From positions 2,790,001 through 2,854,000 of the forward strand of contig JAYWIR010000005.1 of the NCBI GenBank assembly GCA_036172245.1: a stretch of 64,000 bases of DNA, in the 5' to 3' direction. The notes under the pieces are model-generated. The model saw only the letters and a program-made list of their open reading frames with translations. It did not search any database and was not told where the DNA came from. Below, piece by piece: positions 49,401 through 61,400 of this stretch; positions within the stretch are counted from its first letter, which is position 1; each line of letters starts with the position of its first letter. Made by a program: the position numbers and the translations under genes. Source of the DNA: Raillietiella orientalis (Eukaryota).

Positions 49401-52400
49401 TGAGGGACAGTGTCGCTATGCCGTTTTTATACAGCGTTTCTGGTTCTCTTAAAGATTCTCCATCATGAAGCCTAACATTTTGTATGGAATGAGTTGAAAA
49501 TCCAAGGAGCACTTCATCCTCTTACCATGAGATCTCTGGGTTTGGAAAACCAGCCACCCTACACTCCAAGACAACCTTCTCTTGAAAATGAACCTCTTTA
49601 TCGGTCAACCCCTGCAAAAATTCCGGTTTCTTCCTATCCTTCGTTTCAGAAATCTTTATGGTTGGAGATAAGCAGGGCTCGCTTTGTCCGATTTCATTCA
49701 CGGCTGTTAAGCGCACTATGATTTCGGAGTCCTTTGCCAGATTGGTGATCGTGTACGTGTTGTCCGTAATGCAGAAGTCCGCATTCACCCTGATCCACCT
49801 AATGCGAAACCCTCAAGTCACCGAAAGAGCTAGCGACACGCGTTTCCTCACGTGTTTTCAATTTCCTGGTATTCAAGAATGTAGTTGACGATGTCTTTCC
49901 CGCCCGTGGTTTCGGGCAGTTTCCAGTGCAGAGTAACGGTATCACTTGTGATGAGTAGCGGCAAGGGAACACCAGGTCTCCCAGGTTTGTCTGAAGGAGT
50001 TCTCGTAACGAGCGAGTTTGTCAACTTTCCTACCGATCAGTTTCACAGAAATGTCAACGGAAACGTCCCCACAGTTGTTTCTAAGCTTGCAAGTATACGT
50101 TCCTGCATCTTCTTCGCTGACTTTTGAAATCTTGCAAATTGCTTCGCTGTCGGTCACGCAGAAAGATATCTAGGGATGAGAGGTCGGGTTTCACTCAAAA
50201 ATAAAGAAAGCAAGAAAGGTCAGCAAGTGCTCAAGAATCGCTTATGGGAAAAAACTCCAATGAAAGGAGAAGGAAACCTTTTCTGATTCTTCGATGATGA
50301 CTCGGTTGTAGCTCCAAAGCACCTCAGGTTTTGGCTTTCCGGAAAACGGAACACGCATAATCAGTTCTTCATATTTCTTCACATTATACTCTGACTGGTA
50401 TACGCCTACTTTGGGGCTGCTGTGTATTTCTAGAAGGAAACTTGAATGAGTGCGTACGTTTTCTACTGGCCAAGAGTGCAGTGGCCGAGAAATGTGTGAC
50501 GTCAGCAAGCAGGGGTTTCCGAGTATTGAGCAATCTGAAAACTGTTTCACAATAGCCATTTTTAAATGTTCCCTTGGCGGTCTCTCCCGACCCATGAAGA
50601 ATCACAATAGTAAAAGACTGAAGAAGTGAAATCAAGAAGAGGACTGAGGAATTCAGAGAGCGTAAAAGCGAGAAGCTTAGAAGTACTCGCAGGCGAGGTC
50701 AAGAATCGGAATTTACTAAAGGCGTATCAGTGAACTCGGTTATCCGAAAAGAATACTAGTTGGAGGTAAGTAGTGTGTAGGAAGCACTCGTTTCTGATGC
50801 AGTTTGTCCGGATGAGGGATGAAGAACAGGAGCAGAAGATATATGCGAAAGAGAAAAGAATCTTCCGATGTCAGGCAGAGTCAGGGCCTTGATTGAATTT
50901 TGATGTGCCTGTTAGTCTCGCTGATCTATGGTTATGCAGAAGAAATGTGTGGATCAGTGATGACGGCTGTAAACTGCGCTCAAGGAAGGGAGAATGACCC
51001 ATCTAAGACTTTGGGTTAGAGATGTGGAGGTCTTCTGGGGGAAACCGGCAGATGTGGATCTGGTTATCTAGAATGGCATTTTCCATTTGGTATTGCAAAA
51101 ATGCATGGAAATTCGAATGTCTCTCAGACTTTTCTTAGTGACTGTCGAAAAAGTGGATGCCCACGTCCTCGTGTGCATGAAACATTGGTCGTCACCTTGT
51201 ATCTCCAGATGCGTGGAGGACATCAGATTCTCAGCTTGGAAGCTGTAATCTCCGGTATCGCCCATATCTGCTCGTTCTATGACGAGTTTGTGAATGTTTT
51301 CTCGTTTGAAGATTCTGGTATGCTCGGAAGGCAGGATCTTTTTGCCATCCCTACAAAAGAAGAAGCGAATAATGATCCATCCGACTAGGAGGAAATGTCT
51401 TCACCTCAGCCACTCGGATTCCAAATCAGGACGACTAAGAACGACGGTGAGGGTAACGGAGTTGTCTTCCACACCGTAAGTGACCGCATTGAGCTTTTCC
51501 AGGAATTCCGCGGCAGGCTCTGGAATTAGGCAATCGAATGAGAGCGCCCGGCAGAAAGCCAGCTTGGTTCTGTGATTTCCATCCTGGATGCTGCGGATGG
51601 ATGTGCACGAATTGAGTTACTTCTGTTAGCCCTCCCGAATATGGAGGTTTAGGATCTTTTTATCCTGCAATCAGGACATTCACGAACTGCACTCATCGAA
51701 CTCGCGTGCACTTTTCAACCAAATGCACTCCAAAGAACGCGCTATTTTTTATTCACCAGAGCGAAAAAAAGCGTCCAGAAAGAGAGAGAGGAAAAGGTTT
51801 TGAAGCATATGGGACTTTAGAGATTTTAATAAAGTATGAGGAATTATATACATTAACAACGCATGCGCACATTAGGAGTGACCGAACGAGAATCCTTCAG
51901 TCGTGCTAGCTAGTTATCTCTTAATCTCATATCTCGATGACCTTCATTTGCTTTTTTTGTAACGAACGGTTGGGAGTGAGACCACTGTAGTACGTCTTTA
52001 CTTTTTAACCGCGAGGACCGCCTACCACAGTTGGGCAACTAAGTAGCAGTGAAAAGGGATGTTGCATTTTCGTGCAGCTTACAGATTTTCTAATCAGACA
52101 GAAGGGAACCAGTACCTTCTACTTTTAAGGTCGCAGATTTTCTGTCTTTCCCAACGATGCAGGTGTAAGTTCCTCCATCCATCGCAGTGGCTTCCTCTAT
52201 GACGAGTTTCTGGCGCTTCCCATCTATTTTCAGTTTTCTGTGTTCGTCGAAGCTGATTTCCTCGTCATCCTTGAGCCATCTGGACAAGGCATCCCCTTTC
52301 GACAGCTCCACCTCAAACATGGCAGTGCTCTTGTCTGCAACGGTCTTGTCTTCAGGTCCCCAAAGGATTTTAGGAGGGAGCTCTGGAATGGAAGAGTTAT

Positions 52401-55400
52401 TTACGTAATCCATATGGATTTCTAATTAGAACAGAAAGCACTCAGCCTCTGAAAGGAGCATCATTATCGCAAACTTTGATTTCCGAATGATGAGGGGTCA
52501 AAAAAGGGGTAGGTACATGGTCCGACGAACAACATAAGTACTTTCTTCAGAAGGTGTTAAGAAGGGGTTTTTCGAAAAAGCAAGGGAAACAACTTGAAAG
52601 TTGTAATACAAGGCAGTTGAAATTACTATGGTCCATTATGCTGCGCACATTCCGAAATACAAAACAACAGTGGAGGTCTATATTCAACAACCAACTTCAG
52701 GGATTTCAGGGATTTCTTCCTCTCTTTTCTGACATGTTATTTCCGTTATTAGCATACAGGCTGTTCTCATTGGAATCTTTAACTACTTTCGATTGCGACA
52801 AAAGAAAAACTAAAAACAAGGTGATGCTGCGGTCAAGGCTGCAAGGTTCTTCGGGTGGAGAGATCAAAAACATAGAAAAGGTGAACATGACAAACATTTT
52901 GTTCGAATAGAGGTTCCACTCTTCGAAGAGGATCTTGGTGAGAAAACAAACAGAATCCTCTTGAAAAACTAACTGTTTTAGGCTTTAAAAAAATGTTCCA
53001 AGTCTTGCAAGAAGCAAAATAAAAATGCGAATTCGGAATTGGAGATTTCAAAAGGGCCTCTGGAACTCAAGGAACACTTTGGACGACGACGATTCCACTC
53101 TCTGCGAAAACCAGAGCGAAGGGAAAGAAAATGGAAGCTTCTTGCGCAGCCAGGATAGAAAGCAAAAATGAGGAAGGATAAGAGTCCGCAGCTTCAGAGT
53201 TCAAAAACTGGGATCGGATCATGGAGTAGAAATCCTTCGAAAAGGATTGGTCCTCTACAGTGATCGGGATGTTCACCGGCAGCTGCAGAGTCATGAAACA
53301 GTAGATCGACCATGGGCAGCAGAATAACGATGAGAGGAATCTCAACAAATAAGTAAAGATACAGTACACATCTGTGAATAGCACTGTAATCTCCTAGTGC
53401 CCTTGGTGATTTGCTTTTTACGAAACGTGACCTTCTTACTGGCACACAAAAACGATGAAGAACCTGGAGGTGGCTCTCGAGTGCTTTCCTGATTTTTACG
53501 AAAAGGGACCAAGGGAGTGAGTTCCCACAGAATTGAGGTTGTGGCTTGAAGAGAACAAACAATTGCCTGGGATGGGGAACAGCTTGCCGTGATGGAGCAC
53601 ATTACTGAGAAAGACTTTAGTGACACTAGTGTGCACAGTATGGATTCTGGGTTCCTGGAGGACGCCGAAAGGCACTGAGGAAGTGTTTTGCCTTTTGTCT
53701 GCAGTCAGCGGTTCGCTACAAACGGGAAGTTCTGTCCCCGACGTTCAGAGACGAAATTCCGGAGGAAGGGGGCAGGGGCCGCTCACCGCACGGAAGTTCG
53801 AGGGCGCCACGCGGGCTAAACCGATGAGTCAATTTGAGAGGCAACCGAACTTATGCTGAGCGGCGAACCCGGAAACTGCGCGCGATGCCCTACGTTTCAA
53901 GGGCCTCCCTAGAGTGTTTCAGCTCGCTGCAAGACGATTCAGTTTCGTCGATCCGCCATCTGTCTCGACGTCAGACTCAGAATTACACGTTGGTGAAGCA
54001 AGCGGGGACTTTCGCAAAGGCAGACGTAAACCCGTTGCCCACCTCCAAGGACAGCACCGCGCATTCCACAAAGAGGGAGGAAAAAATTCCACACCTTATT
54101 CTCATCATTCTTACCAATAACAGAGATTTCGGCCGTGCACTCTTGGTCGCCTAGTACGCACGTGTACTCTCCCTCGTCGTGCACGGACACCTGTGTGAGC
54201 ACCAACTTTCTGAGAGAGCCTGCTTCAACGTGCTCGTACTGCTCTGAAGGCACGTTCAAGCGCTCGCCGTCCTAAAAGAACGAGGGCAGGGATTGCATGA
54301 GGAAGACCTGAGGTCGGACTTTAGTTTACTCACTTTGTGCCAAGTGACCTTCGCTTCTTCCGAAGACACTTTCACCTCAAGAACAATAGTCTCTCCTTCC
54401 ATCACTTCCATATCATTGAAGGTGTTCAAGAAGTATTCCTCAGGTTCTATGGGTTAAAGAGAAAAATACATTGCTGTTGAGATGAGCCTCATTGAGAAAA
54501 ATGTATTTGCTGGTTCCTTAAAGGCCGATATTATTATTTTCTTCTGTGTCATTGGAATGTACTGTATGCTGCATAGTCTTTGTAAACAGGGGAGAAGAGG
54601 ACCATTTAAGAGGAATTGGGAACTCTGCTCATTCATTCACAAAAACAAAGCTTTCCTGTAGGTCAAAGTCAGATGCGTTCTGACATCGTACAGAGAGCAT
54701 TGGCGTTCCATGGATGCGACCCCTCAAAATATGCATGCAACAGAAATATGCTACGATGCAGATCAAGGCTCTGTCGAGAGTGAACCATGAAACGATTCTC
54801 ATAAAAGAACTCAGGGATTGCCCTTCCAAAGCTGACTGAGGAAGTGGCAGAAGAGAAAAATACGTGATGTTTTTAACGAAGGCGGCTCTTATACGAAGAG
54901 AGCGGGAAACCCAGGCAATCTTGTCTCCTCAGTTGATAGTCAGATTAAAACCTAAGGTTGGCCAATTGACCTTTCTTGAGGAGAAACTCAACAAGAGATG
55001 ACGCATAGTTAAGTTCTTCAGCTAACTGAAGATGAGTTTCCAACCTATGAACGCAATGACCATTCAATTGTTTCGCTGAAATGCCTCTGAGCTCTGCCTT
55101 CGAATCGAGTCTCTAGAACAAGCTGAGAAATGGTGTACAAGAAACACCCCCCAACTGGCTGATCACTCTCTTTCAAGAAAACGAAATGCTCCGAAACAAC
55201 CGCAAAGAAATGACGACCAGATGCGCAGATCTTTTCCCTCTGTACTTCGTAAACTCTTGGCAGCAGTCTTGCTGATCCAGATCAGCAGGACTTCTACTCC
55301 AAAGGAACAGCATCGACCTAAGGAAGCTAGCACAGGACAATCTCATTCAGGAAGAGGAGTCCACTAAACCACCCGTTCGTGCGGTATCAGCACTTCAGAC

Positions 55401-58400
55401 ACGAGCTACTGAGTCTTCTAGAACTGCAAACTACAATTATTTTTTCCCTTTTGTGAGGTTTTGGTGAGCAGGAAGCTGAGTTGGACGATTCCAATAAGCT
55501 GCAACTAATGTTTCCGCTTTTGGGCAACCGGAATCCTGCTCACAGTCTCATGAATCCCTATCCTGTTTTAGTGCAAAACGGCGAAGCGCAAGGACGTTGT
55601 CAGAAGTTGCTTGGCGTGAATTCAGCATTCTCGAGAAGCACGAGGAGTCTGGCTCACCTTTAAGATAGACGTTGGCCTCCGTATGCTTCGTTTCTGAAGT
55701 GCAGATGTAAAGTCCAGAATCTGAAGCGTCAATGCTGCTGATTATGAGCCTGTGGATTCTATCTTCAGACTCGATCCTGACGCTCGTGGATGGTTCTATA
55801 AGCTCGTTGTTATGTCGCCATGACACAGGAACAGGCTTATTGGTTTCACATTCGAGGATTGCGTCTTCTCCTCTCTCTACAGTGACATTGTGGAGTTTTC
55901 TGGTGAAGTACCTAGAGGAAAAATGAAAATCTCATTAGATTCGTTTACTGGAGCATTGCATTGTGAGATGAGATGCCAGTGCGGACAGCATCTCATGAGC
56001 GATTTTTTAGAAATGTTACATACACTTTATCTTCAATTGGTTCCGCCCTCTCTGATTCTTTCAGCGTTTCATCCGATGGGGACACCGTCACAACAGCCAT
56101 GTGCTCGACTTTCCCAGAGGTGTTGCTAGCTACACAGACGTACTCCCCGGAATCTCTTGTAGGATCGGCTTGCTTTATAGTCAGCCATGCAGTCTTCTCT
56201 TCTTGGAAGAACATTGCTACGCCGTTGCATTTCAGCTTCTTCTCATTCCTAGAAACGAATTCAATCCGACCAAAGAGAGAAATTGTAGGTTTTTCATCAT
56301 ATCCAAGTTTTGTTTAACTGAGATGTTGCGCAAGTCACGTGATCTAACGCCGTGGCTTCAAAAGATATCTAAGAATTCCCAGCTACTCTGATACTTTAAA
56401 ACTGAATTCGTTGGATACTAATGAAAGGTAGAACTGAACAAGAGGTATCAATTAGAGTGGGAGTTTAGGCGAAGGTAACTTATTTATTGGAGCCGCTAGC
56501 AAAAAGCGGAGAGCATCCATCAAGTAAAACAGTGAAAAATAAAACAGAAAGACAACAGCATGTTGGAGAGATTGTGGCCACTGAGACGTCGTTTTGTGAT
56601 TCATCATTCGAGGTTTGTATGTTTTCATTTGATGGTGCGTCGTCAAAACATAAGACCACGGAAGGTCTACGAATCCCACAAGTTCGCCCCTATTAGAAAC
56701 ATGAATTTGTTGAAATGCCACCGCTAAATCAGACTCGAACACATCCCGTTACACACCGAAACAATTTCGTCCAAGTTATTAAGATCTGAGTAATAAACAT
56801 TATTCTTTATCTAATTCCACTCTGACACAGAAGATACATGCGCCCAGCTCCAATTACCATTCTGTTAATCTTTTTCAATAGTGCTCTATCACTATCCAAT
56901 TAACTTACTGCTGAAGAACTCATAATCCAAAACAACAACGCAAGCATAATTATCAATATCACGGTGGTCCGTTGCCTCAACAGGGCCACACCCGCTTACC
57001 TTGATACACCTCCCGTGACATCCACCACGTTACGACTCACCCCACACCAGTGAGACTGGTGATTTGAATACGCGACATGCTATTCTCAGATGAACTCACA
57101 ACTCGATCCTATTCAATGAAGAAATGCATCTCGACAACCAGAATGAACGCACTGCGGCTCGCTTTGATGATCCTCTTGCTGCATTTTGATGAGAACTCCC
57201 AATTACCGTTTACGGAGAAAGCTATTCACCCCCAAATAACCGATAAACATGACATGGAGAGAGGTAGGTTCCTCGTGGATCAATCGCTACCAAGCAAACC
57301 CTTTCAATAGTTCTCAACGCTGAAAAAAAACACAAGTCCACCTCCCCATTCCTTCAGTATTTATCTATGAGTGGAGTACCTAATTCGGAACTTTACGAAC
57401 AATAACTATTAGCGCAGAAGCTGTGATCTTTTGGCTGCTCAGCTGGGAATCCAAGCAAGCATGGGCTCGATGCCTTTCTTTCAGGCGTGTGCCCGGTTGT
57501 GAGGAACACCCGACGCGCATGCGTGAAATCAACATTTCTTCTACAAAAACGAAAGTTTCTTACCTGTACCAGGTGATCTCAGGTGTTGGCACTCCACGGA
57601 ACTCAACCTCCAAGAAAATCTCCATGCCGACTTTGACTTCAGCATCTTTAAAAGTCTTCAAGAATCTTGGTGGCTGCGCATGAGGCGCCTCGGATCCTGC
57701 GTTGGAAAGGAACAAATTCAGAATTCGAGTCGAGAGGAATCAACAGTCCAATTCCAAAGGTAAATAGAAAAGAAAAAAAAGTAAAAAACATGGAGAAGAG
57801 AAACAAACAGCAGATTCTCACAAATGATTAATTGCAGCCGAAAATTTCAGGGACAACTGCTCTGGATTAAGATGAGCTTAATCCAATCTTTGCCTAACAC
57901 GGCGGAAGACATGATAGAACAGAAATGTGTATCTATGCGATGGATTGTTTGAGGAGGCTGAAGCAAATTATAGAAGAAGGTTTGTTCTTGAACATTCTGC
58001 AAAAAATCCCATTCCCTTTTCATTCATCGTGCGATTCGAAAACCAGAGTTTTCGTCAGAGATGTCGACAGCACCCAAACATCGAATAGACACCCGCGATC
58101 ACAGATGGCAAAAGAAAAGACACTTGACTAACGTGTCTCAGCGTTTCAGAGATTTTCTCAAGAGTTCCGGGAAGGTAGGAATGCAAGCGGCCAGCGAATC
58201 GAGATTTCGGGTCAGATTTACTCGCGAATGACCTAATGGATTCCTCAATCAGCACTATTGGTGTCTTACTTTCTACGGAGAGATCAAAAGTGCATCTCGT
58301 TTCCCCTTCCGAGTTCTCAGCCCTGACTCCATACGATCCGGAGTCAGATTGCGAAGTCGATGCTATTTCTAGGATGTGGGTGTTGTTCTCCTGGTGCAAA

Positions 58401-61400
58401 TGATACCGGTCTGTGGGGAGAATCTCACCCTCTTGCGGTCCGTACCAGGTCACTGAAATGCAGTTGTGAATCAGACTTGCGCACACTTTATGGATTCGAC
58501 TTTTCCCATTTGTTTCAAGAAACGAAATGATTAGGGCAAGCATTTCTCAGTATTTAGTTTTCAGTAGTGCTTTACCATTCTCAGAATACTGCTTTACAAG
58601 TGCTCCAGAAATTTACTCGGTAAACTAACCTCTAAATTATACCTTTGAGATGTGTACACTGGATTTCATTCATAATGCATTCATCGCGCCAAATTCTTCT
58701 CCGTCACTTCAGATGTCAGTGCTTTCTTTCTGAATCTTATGGCAAATAAGATTACATATACATGCATATGTATATTATTGTTAGCTATAGGATGCAGAAA
58801 GAAATTAGGTATCTGCATGCATATAAAAAGTAGTGCAAACCCCTGCGGCTACAGAGCAACTCAAAAACACATTAAAAATAATAATGGTGTTCTTTTTATC
58901 GAACCCCATTAAACGCTGTAGAATTTATAAGAACCAGAAATTCGTTCTGATAGTTAAAATGAGTTCTCTATGGATTAGCGTTGAGAATTTCCGCAAAAGT
59001 TCTTCGAACTTCACCGAAAATTGAATGGAAATTACCTTTCGGAGTAGGCAAACCTCCCACTGTACAACTGAATTTGGCTCTTCTATTTTCTTCTATTTTT
59101 AAGTTGTTTGGCTTCTCCAAAAATTGTGGAGGACTCTTTGGTTCTGCTGAAATAATAAAGAAAAGTTCAAACCAAGTGCTTATAAGGGAATCCTTTCAAC
59201 CAATTTGCACAGATCTTTTTACAGTACATACGTTTCAAAGTAACAGTCGCATGTAATGTTTCTTTTCCTTCGGAATTCTCAGTAACCAAGGAATATTTTC
59301 CTTCTTTATCTTCCGACATGTGATGCATGGTCAACGAGTAGGTTTTCGTGTCTCGATGGAAGACAGCCGGGAATTCAGAAGGAATCGGCTGATCATTGAA
59401 AAGCCAATGAACACTTGGTGCTGGATTTGCATCGATGACTGCAGACAAGGTCACAGAATCATCGAGACCACAGGAATATTTCTTCTTCAGCGACTTAACT
59501 ACAGTTGGCTTAAAGAGTTCCTGAAAGAGATTTGCCAATTTCAGCAGTTTCCCTTTAAAGTTTTGAAAACTTCTCGACACACCAACGAGTCTCAATCAGT
59601 CTTTTTCACGCGACGACAAGACACGTTACCAATTTAACTCAGATGGAATCCCAAGCAACCAACCTCTTCAACTTTCAGTGTGACCTCATTGACAGCTTCA
59701 CCTTCTGCATTCTTTACAGTAATTTTATATGCGCCTTCATGTGTTTTAGATACTCTCTTGATGTTTACGATGCTAGAATACATATGAACATCTGAGTCCA
59801 ATGTGATCTTCAAGTTCTCATTTTCTTCTAGTTCTTGCTCATTGAATGTCCAAGTGACCTCTGGTTTGGGTGACGCAAACATTCGGAATTCCAAAGTAGC
59901 AGAAGACTCGTCCATTACAGTTTTCGTGTAAGGCTTTTTGAAGAATGTGGGCGGTATGCCTTCTAAATTATCCAAAGTGTCCGATTCTCTGAAAAGGGGG
60001 GGAAAAAAGGGACATCAGAATAGTTTCCAAGCACTTCGCGAACTTGTTACCTTTTTCTAGATGCAATGCTGGATTCAGACATTTTGTCTTCTTCACTGAT
60101 ACTTTCGACAACCAGTTCCACGGAGCTCACACAATGCCCGAAAGAGTTTCTGGCAACCACAGTGTAGATACCAGAGTCCTCTGAATTTGCTTCTTTGATG
60201 ATAAGAGTGGCGGTGTGGTCTTCTTCGTAAAACATCTGAACAGCAAGGAAAATACTCGGCTAGAGGAGTAATTCACTTGGTAACTCTGTTCATACTTGGA
60301 CATCATGTGAGGCTTTCAAGATCTTGTCGTTGTGCATCCAAATTATGGCAGGTGTCGGACTACCGCAGATTTTGCAATGAAGCTGAATGTCTTCACCTTC
60401 CTGAACATGCACAGATTCCGGTTCCATTGCAAAATATGGACTTTCGGCTTCCTCCTCTGTCACGGTTTCTGCAACATTCGACAGTAGGTGCGATCTTTTG
60501 AACACATCCACTTGCCTTCAAACTGGAAAACGTGATCAATGCGTTCTTCTATTTCTCTTTTCAGTACGTGGGTGAAAGTTACTTCATCAGTCACACAACT
60601 AGAGGGAACGATTCCCTTTTGTTTTGTTCGTTGGTTTACTACCAAATACCACTCACTGGTTGTGACCTCTGAAAAATAATCACAGGGAAGTCATTCTTTG
60701 CAAGGATGCGTCAATTCAACAGACCTAAGATCTGCAGGAGATCCCCTTTCGATAGTGCGACGCCTTCTTCCGTGTCTGGAGTGTAATCTTCGGAAGCATA
60801 GTAGACTCCAAAATCCTTAGCTCTCAAATAACCGTCATCTTGTAAACGATAAAAATTAAAATGTGCTTAGAGCATCAACACGTACAACAAAAAATTCAAG
60901 ATAGGCCACACATTTCGAACTGCGAACAACTTCATTAAATTGCCTATTCTAAACGTGAGACGGACTCTTGATTAATCCTATACTAATGAACACCCAATCG
61001 CGGTAGCCATAATTACTTTCGGCACCGTATCTCTTAGCAGTCAGCATGACAATCGTTGCCTTGCTAAGGCGACGAGCTGAGCCGCTCAATGTGCCCATTG
61101 AGCACACCATTGACGTAGCTGAACCTTAATGGTGTCCTCAATGGATACTCAAAGTCTATGGTTACATAAAAGTCTGCTCTCCTTGAACTCTATCGATATC
61201 AGCGAAATCAACCAAAGTCAAAGTTCGCTCATTGACGATACAGCAAAGCCAAGGGCTGGATATAACTGTGTATTTAGTAGTTTGAAATACCGGCTAACAT
61301 GCTCGTCACTGCCTAAAGACCGATTCCCCATTTCTATTTACTGAGTTACTATGTTAACTCAGTAAATAAGAGTTAAAAATAACAGGGGCTTCATTCTAAA

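Noticed and set aside
53067..53384. Possible alternative terminal exon in the 1.7-kb gene A intron (acceptor CTGCAG near 53282)
   Set aside because: Short peptide with no family features; a single acceptor-like site is not enough.
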